From a virus, in the IMG/VR virus record IMGVR_UViG_3300023174_000156, positions 4,396 through 68,395 of that record: a DNA stretch of 64,000 nt, one strand, 5' to 3'. Positions 33,763 through 43,300 of this stretch are shown here, one piece after another (within the stretch, counting starts at the first letter, position 1; every line of letters begins with the position of its first letter). The notes under the pieces were generated by a model, which had not been told where the DNA came from, ran no database searches, and saw only the letters and a program-made list of their open reading frames with translations. Position numbers and translations under genes: made by a program.

Positions 33763-34916
33763 TAAGAAACACCGACTGTAAATCTAAACTCTATATAATT
33801 ACTAGTATTAGGAGATTTTATAATTGTTTCTGCATTATCGTTTTTAACAATTGAATATCCAGTTAGACCATAAAGTGGATTAAGAGTTTGAGTATTTTCT
33901 AATCTCAATGCATCTAAAGCAATGTAGTAGTCTGCTGATGGATTGCCACCATCTATAACAGAAGCATAAATCTTAACAACCGTTACAGCATCCCAAGTAA
34001 AGTTTGCAGTTGTATAAAGTTCTTGTAATTCTTTAGATACAACAAAATATCTATTAGTTTCAAAATCTTGACCTGATTCTGTATTACCAGAATTCACATG
34101 ATTTATTTCTGCTTCAAACCTTGCAAACTCTCCAGAGCCAGCATCTGTTGATGAAAAATCTACTAAAACTCTAATCGTGTCTGGAATTGCAGAAGAACTT
34201 CCATTTTTACTTACTAAGGAAAACGCTAATCTTAATTCATCTTTAGGGGAGTTTCTGCTAAAATCAACTTGTGGTCCAGTTAAATGTATATGATTTGATC
34301 CTGACTCAATTACAAAATGATCTGCTGATGGACCACTTTCTTCACTAATTGTTAGATCAGCATCATCTCCTTGAATTAAAATAATGTTATTTAAAAATCT
34401 ACATCTTTCATATCTGCTTGCACGAGATGTTTTAAAGAATATTGCATTATCAGCATTTGTTTGAAAAACTGTATCTGCAACTGCAATAATATTATCATCT
34501 TCTGGATCATCTAATGGTGCTGTAAAAGTATCAATTGCTGTTGCTGCAGAAACGGTATGGTGTTGCCAATTTTCTCCAGCAGTAAAAGCAAATACAGTCT
34601 TACTGTCATACGCTCCAGCAGATGGGTTAGAGCCAGCAGAATACAAACCAACTTCTGATATTTCATATCTTTCTTCTGTTGGTAGTTCTGCAGTTAAAAC
34701 AATTTTATCAATACCGTTTTCTTTTACAAACCCTCTTGAAGAAATGGGAACACGAAACATTTCAAAATCAAGATTTTGTTTAGTAGAAAAATCACCTTGG
34801 ACATCTGCGGTATCTAAAGGCGTTGGACCACACCCTATAGCAATATATGAGGCATAGGCTGGAGCCTGACCAAGCAGGTATTTACCAATAATGGATTTTC
34901 CAGCATTAGTTATCAT
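33762..34916 (-). CDS. Minor tail/baseplate protein
   Basis: MITNAGKSII...YIAIGCG...E.FRVPI..EISEVGLY, typical of fibre-attachment proteins. Confidence 0.6.
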   Translation of the reverse strand: MITNAGKSIIGKYLLGQAPAYASYIAIGCGPTPLDTADVQGDFSTKQNLDFEMFRVPISSRGFVKENGIDKIVLTAELPTEERYEISEVGLYSAGSNPSAGAYDSKTVFAFTAGENWQHHTVSAATAIDTFTAPLDDPEDDNIIAVADTVFQTNADNAIFFKTSRASRYERCRFLNNIILIQGDDADLTISEESGPSADHFVIESGSNHIHLTGPQVDFSRNSPKDELRLAFSLVSKNGSSSAIPDTIRVLVDFSSTDAGSGEFARFEAEINHVNSGNTESGQDFETNRYFVVSKELQELYTTANFTWDAVTVVKIYASVIDGGNPSADYYIALDALRLENTQTLNPLYGLTGYSIVKNDNAETIIKSPNTSNYIEFRFTVGVS

Positions 34917-35422
34917 GATTCATTCCCGTCAAATTGTATACTATATATTGTACCACCCGTGCTTAATTGGACCTCAAGTTGCTCGTCATTATTTAAACCA
35001 ATAGCCTCTATCACTAAGTTTCCAGAGTCATCAACATAAACGTTTGTACCATCTAAACCATTTCCAATATTTGGAGTTTTTTGATTAAAACTAATAGAAA
35101 ATCCAGAAAAATATTTATCTGAGGTTTTTTGTAATCCTAAAATATTGTTTGGGTTGTATGACTGTTGTATTGATCTAATATTTTTTATTGGCTGATAGGA
35201 TATATTTTGACCATTAATAGTATCATTTCTTGCTATATTTATTAATTCTTGCCCACCAATATTTTCAAATATTAAATCAGCCATTTGCTCTGTTGGCACT
35301 GAGTCATCATCAAATAAAACAATATCTGGTGTAGCAGTTTTAATTAAATTTGCATTAGAAGATGCAAGCATTTGATTTATGCTTAATGGTGTATTTGGCG
35401 TAGGTGATAGACTATTTGACAT
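34913..35422 (-). CDS. Minor tail protein
   Basis: Position in the tail operon. Confidence 0.5.
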   Translation of the reverse strand: MSNSLSPTPNTPLSINQMLASSNANLIKTATPDIVLFDDDSVPTEQMADLIFENIGGQELINIARNDTINGQNISYQPIKNIRSIQQSYNPNNILGLQKTSDKYFSGFSISFNQKTPNIGNGLDGTNVYVDDSGNLVIEAIGLNNDEQLEVQLSTGGTIYSIQFDGNES

Positions 35423-35423
35423 T

Positions 35424-38400
35424 TTATACCTCACTCAAATAAACGGTCATATCTGGACCATTAGCAGTTCTTGAATATTCTATATTATATACTACAAACC
35501 TATCATTTTCAGTAGATATTAAATCTATGTTATCAGAATTTTTATAATTAATATTTACAATATCCCCCAATTGAAGAGTTGGAATAGCAAATAGTTTTAA
35601 ACCTACAGATTTTTTAGGTGTCATAACTTTATTAATAATCCAACCCATCAATGCTTCAGCATCATCTTGGGTTTGTATGTATGGAGTATCTATTGAAAAT
35701 TCATTTTTTCCATAAATTAATCTACTTAATTTAATTTGATCGTATTTATCTTTTTCAACTAACGGAGAATAGGTTAATGAATTACCTTGGAATGGTGGAT
35801 CTGAAAGATTGCCACGTTTTTTAAAATATTCATCAACAGACAATTCATGAGTAGTATCTTGTGTAAATGCAATTCCTTGAATTCTTAAATAATTTCCAGT
35901 TGTTTCATCTAGGTTAATTGCAGAATCTGTTGAGTTAAAAATTAAAAATTCTGCTCCATAAGAGTCTGCATAGAATCCAGACGTAGTATAACTTTTAATT
36001 CTATTAAATGTTGGTGATAATTGAGCATAGAGTGCTGGATATGCACGGTCATATTTAATATTAAAATATGCACACTCTCTCATAATTGATCCAAACTCTT
36101 CAAAATACATATTATATTTTGGTGGTTGTTGTGCGCTAATGCCAGATAAATAAGTTGATTGAACAATTCCGCTCATTGCATATTTTCTAAATGATTCATT
36201 AATACTAACTTCTTTATCTCCAAATGCAGAAGATAAGGTTTCTCCTGGTAGAACATTAGAATTTTGAGAATAGTTTTCTGATAAAGCATAGATATTTTCA
36301 AACATACATCTTGAAGATCCACGGGTAAATAAAGCCATATTATTATAAATTGGGAGTGGGTCTGTATCATCTACAACCTGAACTATCTGATTATTAATAT
36401 ATAGAAAAAATCTTCTAGTGCTTCCTATATCTTGGTATTCTACTGATAAATCGTATACTGTTGAATTTTCTTCTCCAGATACTCTGTATTGACCTGCAAA
36501 TTTTCCATCGTCTACTAGAATTTTACTAAGACCGCCCCATAGTTTTACTGGAATTGCGTTAGTAGAAGAACTTTCTTTTTTAATTTTATAAAATATTATA
36601 TTATTAATTGATATATCAGATTGATTATTTTTATCTAAATTTAAATATGACTCTACATTGTTTTCTGTTAAAGCAACAATTTCAAAATAGTAGCCATTGT
36701 TTGTTTCTGGATTTAACATAACTGCTAAACCTCCAGACCCACCACCAATGCTTATACTTTGGTTTGGCTGAACTCCGCTAATTTGATAATATGGCATGCT
36801 TCCAATTGGTGTTTGACTTCTAGTTTCACTATTTTCAACTTTACCAACTATCCTTATTCTTGTTCCAAAGTGTTTATATGCACTATTTAAATTTTTGTAT
36901 ACATAGGAAACAAAATCAATTGGTGTTTCTGTGCTTTTAAAGGATGGTCCATTCATAACTAAAGCAGAAGATTGAATTGTTCCAGACTGAGTTGACTTTA
37001 AACTATTTACTTCTGTTTCTGTAAAATAACTTGTAGCCATATAATTTTTAATAATACTATTTCTAGATGTTTGTCTTGCCAAAACATTATTTACTCCTGC
37101 TGCGCCAGTTGTAGTTGAGGGTAGTGTAGGGTTGATTTCTGTTGTAAACAAGTATCCTGACTCCATGTTACATCCACGAACATTATCATTATTAGACCAA
37201 TAAGAATTTATTCCAGCAAAATGTGGCGCAACTTGTGTACCAAATTGACCACGACCATGCTCATAAACTGCCCCTGGCTGTAATCTTGCTATAGAACCAA
37301 TTGATTCGTAGTATGGTGTTGAAAAAATACGAATTAATCCAGTTGGATATATTTTTCCATTAAATGGAAGTGATGCAAAATATTTTTGATATTCTTGATT
37401 ATTTGAAATCCAAACATTTCCAGTTCCTGTAATATTAAACTGTGCTGCATCATATCTAATTATTTCACCATTAGAATATAAATACCCTTGATATCTTGTT
37501 AGCCAATATACGTTTTCTCCAATATCAATAATGTTATTTGTTACTACTCCACCAACTACTTTTGGCAGTTCGCTAGATAGATCAGAGTTTAATGGCATTG
37601 CCCCTAAAACATAATTACTTTGTTTTGATGCTAATTCGTTTACTGTTTTTGTTGAAGTGGTTCCAGAAGCCTCCCACAGCAATACTGGTTTGTATATCCA
37701 AGTTTTATCTTTATCAATCATTGATGATTGTTTAATTGATCCATAGGATCTTTGAATATACCTAGTCGTATAACTTATCTTTCCATCATTAAATATTTTT
37801 TTATCTTCACTGCTTGCAGAAATAATGTTTGGTATGTTTGATGTTGTTTGATTTTCAATAATTCCAGATACAGATTGATTATTGTTTCCAAGTAACTCTA
37901 TATCAATGCTACGCATTTCTTCTGTTGGCATTAAATAGTCTTTACTCATTACTATAAAATTATTATACTCATCAAAAAACATTGCTGTTTGTGTTGATAT
38001 TGCAAGTTGATTTAATACTTCTGCAACATTTTGATCAGGGGCAATAAAAAAGTAAGGTATAACTGGATCATTCTCATTATCAACTCTTTTAAAAGAATAA
38101 TTAGTAAATCCAATATAATCTAATAATAGTGATATAGCATAACTTAATGAAACCTCTGTAACCAACATTCTTGGAGCAGGCATTGATTCTAAAAAGAAAT
38201 AAAAATCTCTTAGTTCTAAAGATAGTGTTCCACCAGTTACATCAGACTGTGGCATTCCTTCTGAGTATAATGTTTTTATTGGTACAGAATAATCTGATCC
38301 ATCTACATTTAAAATTTGTTCATAAAAATTAAATTTAATATTTTTTCTTAAATAATCTTTAATAATACTATTTATATTATTAGGATTAAAGGCTTGTTCT

Positions 38401-39740
38401 GCATCAAATATAGAAATAGAACCAGTGGAGGCTAATAGTTGACCAACTGGCAAAGATGTGTTACCAATATCAGAAAGAGATTTCTTTACTTGATACTCAA
38501 TAACATCATTAGATATGTCTACAACAAGTCTTGGAGACATCTCAATTAAATCAAATGTAGACTCATTTTTATTCATTAACTCTACAACAATTCTAATTCC
38601 ACGAAGATACTCAAACTCTCTATATCTAGATTCTGTGGTTACTGGATCAGAAAATGGCACTGGGGATACAAGATCTTTAGCAAAATTGGTTTGTGAATTA
38701 ACTGATTCAGAACCAAGACTCCAACCATACTGTGGAATAAAAGTTTCATAATCAGATGTGATGTCATTCCAAACAAAAAATGTACCAATACTGGATTGAT
38801 TTTCTATAACTAGGTAAGCATATCCATTTATTGACTGTTCTGGTAAAAGCGTTTCTGATGAATAGGTTTCTGCAAATACAAAATTTTCTTTAAAAGTATC
38901 TGGAATAATTAGTCCATACTCTAATTCTACATATCCATCTGGCTGAATTATTTGAGTTCCATCTGACCTTGTTGAATTTTCATTAAATGAATAGGCATCT
39001 ACCCAATTATTATTTTTTAAGTATTGTATTTTCCATCTTTTTGGCGTTGTTTTATTAGTATTTCCATAAAGTGGGTCTGGGTTCGTTGATGAAAAATTAG
39101 TAAAATTTGTTAAGTCTACTGTTCCAACATTGGTTTGCATTTTAACTACAAGCCTATTGGCTGGAACATCTTCTTTATATACTACAAATGGAACTGCATC
39201 ATCTATGTAAAATAAACCATTTAATATATTTCTTGCAATTCCACGCTCTACGCTATCTTCTTTTCTGTATGAGTTCCAATATTTAAATTGATCATATCTA
39301 GAAGACATGTAGTATCTTGGTCTTTGTGCTAAAAATGCTCCAGAATTTGCAAGGTATTGCTTATTGTTATAAAAAAATAAAGGTTTGTTAATTCCTGATC
39401 TTGGTCTAAATGGTTTTAAGCAATCTTCTAATGAATACAATAACTTTCGTTTTTGTTCTATAGATGTAAATTGTTGAGGCAAATCTTGATTATCTACCCC
39501 GCCATCTATAGATATTTCAGAGTCTGTTGCGTCCGTATAATAGTCGCCTTCATCCAATTGATCAAAAGATGATGGAAGGGTTTGATATTTTGCCTCTGAA
39601 CCAATTGGTCTGTATCTGTAATTGCCAACATAAAAAATGTTATCTGGCATATTCATATTCCATTCAGCCAAGACTAGGGATCTTGTTTGAATTGTTGCAG
39701 ATGTTTCAAAGTGGGTCTTTAATGCTTCACTAACAAACAC
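35424..39740 (-). CDS. Large tail tip/hub protein
   Basis: 1438 aa, two genes after the tape measure; C-terminal PTLQLGDIV hub-like motif. Confidence 0.65.
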   Translation of the reverse strand: MFVSEALKTHFETSATIQTRSLVLAEWNMNMPDNIFYVGNYRYRPIGSEAKYQTLPSSFDQLDEGDYYTDATDSEISIDGGVDNQDLPQQFTSIEQKRKLLYSLEDCLKPFRPRSGINKPLFFYNNKQYLANSGAFLAQRPRYYMSSRYDQFKYWNSYRKEDSVERGIARNILNGLFYIDDAVPFVVYKEDVPANRLVVKMQTNVGTVDLTNFTNFSSTNPDPLYGNTNKTTPKRWKIQYLKNNNWVDAYSFNENSTRSDGTQIIQPDGYVELEYGLIIPDTFKENFVFAETYSSETLLPEQSINGYAYLVIENQSSIGTFFVWNDITSDYETFIPQYGWSLGSESVNSQTNFAKDLVSPVPFSDPVTTESRYREFEYLRGIRIVVELMNKNESTFDLIEMSPRLVVDISNDVIEYQVKKSLSDIGNTSLPVGQLLASTGSISIFDAEQAFNPNNINSIIKDYLRKNIKFNFYEQILNVDGSDYSVPIKTLYSEGMPQSDVTGGTLSLELRDFYFFLESMPAPRMLVTEVSLSYAISLLLDYIGFTNYSFKRVDNENDPVIPYFFIAPDQNVAEVLNQLAISTQTAMFFDEYNNFIVMSKDYLMPTEEMRSIDIELLGNNNQSVSGIIENQTTSNIPNIISASSEDKKIFNDGKISYTTRYIQRSYGSIKQSSMIDKDKTWIYKPVLLWEASGTTSTKTVNELASKQSNYVLGAMPLNSDLSSELPKVVGGVVTNNIIDIGENVYWLTRYQGYLYSNGEIIRYDAAQFNITGTGNVWISNNQEYQKYFASLPFNGKIYPTGLIRIFSTPYYESIGSIARLQPGAVYEHGRGQFGTQVAPHFAGINSYWSNNDNVRGCNMESGYLFTTEINPTLPSTTTGAAGVNNVLARQTSRNSIIKNYMATSYFTETEVNSLKSTQSGTIQSSALVMNGPSFKSTETPIDFVSYVYKNLNSAYKHFGTRIRIVGKVENSETRSQTPIGSMPYYQISGVQPNQSISIGGGSGGLAVMLNPETNNGYYFEIVALTENNVESYLNLDKNNQSDISINNIIFYKIKKESSSTNAIPVKLWGGLSKILVDDGKFAGQYRVSGEENSTVYDLSVEYQDIGSTRRFFLYINNQIVQVVDDTDPLPIYNNMALFTRGSSRCMFENIYALSENYSQNSNVLPGETLSSAFGDKEVSINESFRKYAMSGIVQSTYLSGISAQQPPKYNMYFEEFGSIMRECAYFNIKYDRAYPALYAQLSPTFNRIKSYTTSGFYADSYGAEFLIFNSTDSAINLDETTGNYLRIQGIAFTQDTTHELSVDEYFKKRGNLSDPPFQGNSLTYSPLVEKDKYDQIKLSRLIYGKNEFSIDTPYIQTQDDAEALMGWIINKVMTPKKSVGLKLFAIPTLQLGDIVNINYKNSDNIDLISTENDRFVVYNIEYSRTANGPDMTVYLSEV

Positions 39741-39741
39741 T

Positions 39742-40371
39742 TTAGACCTCTTCCAGCATTACCGATATATTCCAAAGATCATGATTGCTTCCGCCCCGTT
39801 TTACAACTGAATAATTAAAATCAGAAAAATAAACCTGAATTATTTGATTGTATTTTCCTAAATTATTAAATGCTGCATCATTATCTCCAAAATTTTTGTA
39901 TTTATCATATGCTAAAAACATCCAGAATGGACCTTGATGATTTTCATACCAATCTAATATTTCTACGCCACCTGCGCCACCATCTGATGTAAATTCATTT
40001 GTTGTTCCTTTACTTGATGATATGCCAGTTGCATTAAAATCTGCCAACTCAGAATATGCACGGGAAGGTAGATTATTCCAAGAAACACTCATCGTAAGTT
40101 TATCTGCAATATGATAGGACCTCATACGACCATTAATTGTTCTTTCACGTTTTTCTATTCTTTCTGAATTAAATGACATTTCTGACCTATTATGATCTGA
40201 TAAAATTAAAAATTGATTAATGCCACCTGTGGTAAGGTTTGAAACTGCCCCTATTTCTTGTCCTGTGGGGACATAAAGACCGTCAACAAGAGTTCCAGCA
40301 TTCTCTGACCAAAGAATTCCCTGTGGTCTCTGATAGCGCTTTCTGCCTGAAACGTATGCTGCGGTTGCCAT
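39742..40371 (-). CDS. Distal tail protein (putative)
   Basis: Immediately follows the tape measure; RTINGRMRSY, WNISVMLEEV. Confidence 0.55.
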   Translation of the reverse strand: MATAAYVSGRKRYQRPQGILWSENAGTLVDGLYVPTGQEIGAVSNLTTGGINQFLILSDHNRSEMSFNSERIEKRERTINGRMRSYHIADKLTMSVSWNNLPSRAYSELADFNATGISSSKGTTNEFTSDGGAGGVEILDWYENHQGPFWMFLAYDKYKNFGDNDAAFNNLGKYNQIIQVYFSDFNYSVVKRGGSNHDLWNISVMLEEV

Positions 40372-43300
40372 TATGCCCCTCTTTGAGTCTTAATTCTTTG
40401 GTTATCAATTTGTCTAATTTGTGTCATAACAGTTCTTGCAATGTCATCTGGATTAGACTCAGATTTAACGTTAACATTTAGACTATAATTATACACTGAA
40501 GAACTACCATATGAGCCATCATTTACTTTATTAAGATTATTTACTCCAAATGAGTCAACAGCATTTTTACGAACAACAAATTCTCCAGGTGTAAGCATTG
40601 CTGGAATTGTGTCGGTACCTTTAGAGTATCCTCCAGAAACATAATATTTAGGAACCATACCACCAGAAGCCATCCCAAACATTCCCTTTAGCATACCTGC
40701 TGCTCTTGGACTAAGACCCTGACTTGTTATTGCCTGATCTGCAAAATACTGTTCTGCCTGTCCTGCAGATATAAATTTACTTGCAATTATTTCTGGAGAC
40801 ATAGATTCAACTTTTTTTGTAATACTTGATGCTATAGCGTCTACCTGTGCTGCTGGCACAACTTGTGATGAACTAGTAGTTATGCTTGTAATCTTTTTTG
40901 CTAATGGAGTAGAAAATGCTTTTGCTGCTGCTGCTGCAACTTCGTCTAAAGCCCTTCTTAATGCATCAGCATCTCCTAGTGCACCCTTTAAAACATTTCT
41001 TAAAAATGAATCACTTTTAATATCAATGTTTTCATTTTGTGCAAGATCTAAAGCCTTAATAGATTCATTAATTTGTGATTTTGTTAAACCTAAATATGTA
41101 ATTTCTTCTTTTCTTTTTTCAATTGTTTTTTCTAAAGCAGACTTCATTTCATTTTGAGTATTAATATTTTTTTGAATTGCATCTTTTTGAAGGTTTAACG
41201 GATCTAATTGATCTCTTTGAATTTTGGCAATATCAAGTTGTAGTTTTTTATTTTCTTTTTCTAATTTATTTCTACCAAGTAATGCAATTCTTGAATCTCT
41301 AGATGTTGATAAAGAATTTGTCATACTTTCATTAATAAATGCTGATTGTCTTGCTCTTGCTTCTTGTGCAATTACTGCAGCAGCAGAAATATCTCCACGA
41401 GTAAGAGCATCGGCAAGAGTTAATCTTTCTTTTTCAGATGCGGCAATTTCTTCATTAATATCTCTTACTTTTCCTAATGCCTCAATCTGCAAGTTGTACT
41501 GCTCATTAATTTGATCTTCTTTAATTGCTATTTGATCAATTAAATATGAATTAGATTTAATTTTTGTTTCAATTGGTGTAACTGAAGTTTCTGTGATTAA
41601 ATCAAGTTGTTTATTTACATTTTTTAATAGTTCTTCTTGTCTTTCTATTTCATCATTATATGCTTTAATTTTTGGTGCATTTTGCATATCAATAAGTTGT
41701 TCTTGAAGGTTAATATAATCTTGTGCCTGTTTTAGCACATCTAGTTGTGTTTTTGTTTTTTTATCTTCTGTCTTATTTAAATCCTGATATGTTTTATTTA
41801 ATCCTTTATTTAAAGATTCTTGTAATTTAGTTGCATTAGCAATTGCTTTAGCAACATCTGATCTAACTGCTGCTGCTCTAATTTGAGCATCAACATCTTT
41901 AGGATCATCTGCGGCAATCCTTAAAGCACCCAACGCTGCCATAGATACTGCGGCTCCAACTGCTGCTGCCTGTAAAAGTAAAATTTTATCTTTAACATCA
42001 TTAATTTTAATAGCATTTTTTGCAAGTTCTGAATCCATTTGATTTAATGCAGCGTTTAATAATAATGTTTGCTGTGTTGCATTTGGAATCTGAGTTATTA
42101 GGGTATCCATTGTTTTAGCAAATGAATTATTAAACTCTTCTCCAGTTATTATTCCATTTTTAAACATTCCAGACAATCCGTTAAAGAAAGTTTTAAGTAA
42201 TGTTCCTGAATTTTTCAACTCTGCTTCTATTTTTTTGCCAGGAACTATCGATGATACCCATCTTCCAGAGTCATTTAATACCATTTTCTTTTCAAGATTT
42301 TCACTAATAAATTTAGGTAAGGCTGCTAGTTTTCTAGTAATTTCATTTTGTAGATCTGTATTTAATACGTTAACATCTATATTTTTAAAGTCAACCTTTA
42401 AACTTGTTTTACCAGCCTCTTCTTGAATTGCTCTAAGAATTAAAGAAACTTGATCTTTTGTAAATCCTTTTCCAAGTAGTTCTTGACCTTTTACTTTTAA
42501 TGCAGTAATTGCATCATTATTTGATAATTTAGAAACAGCCTCTATTGTAGATGCAAATTCTTTAAATGTATCTGATGCTTTAAATTTGTCAAGTGCTTCT
42601 CTTGTATTTTTATCAACAGTTAGTTGTGGCTTAGTAGTTTCTAGTCCAGTCTTTGTAGGAATAACTCCAAAATAATCACCTAAACTTTGAATTTGTTCTT
42701 TTGTATTTTTTATAGCATCGCCAAATGCTTCTAATTGTTTTCTTTCTCTTTCTCTTGCCGCATTAACTAATTTAATAATTCCAATACCAGCAGTCAGTGC
42801 TAACCCAACTCCACCAAAAGCAAACTTAAATTTACCTATAAAACTAAGTAAACTCTTTGGAAGTATTTGTAAAATACTAGAAAATGCAAATGCCACTCCA
42901 CTAATTTTGAATATAACCTCTGATAATTTTCCTAAGTTTCCACCTGCCATTGATGCAATACCCGCAAGTGATGTTAAAGCAAAAGTGCTGCCCATTATTT
43001 TACTATTTAAATTTCCTAGTTTTTGAGCAGAGGCAGTTAATAGTTGTGATTGTCTTTGTTGCTGAAGATTTATAAGGTTTTCTCTATTTACCCTTGCTTT
43101 TGAAACTGTTTCTGATAAAGATATTTGTGGACCAGATGGTTTTTTAGGTTGAGCACTTGTTGTACCTGGAAGAAATAATCCAGATGATGTTTGAACCATA
43201 TTTGATCCAAGTTTTTGTCCCACTCTTTGTGCATCATCTACGTATTCTTGTGCTCCAATAACAAAGCCTCTTGCAATATCTGCACCAACTTTTGCAGTTT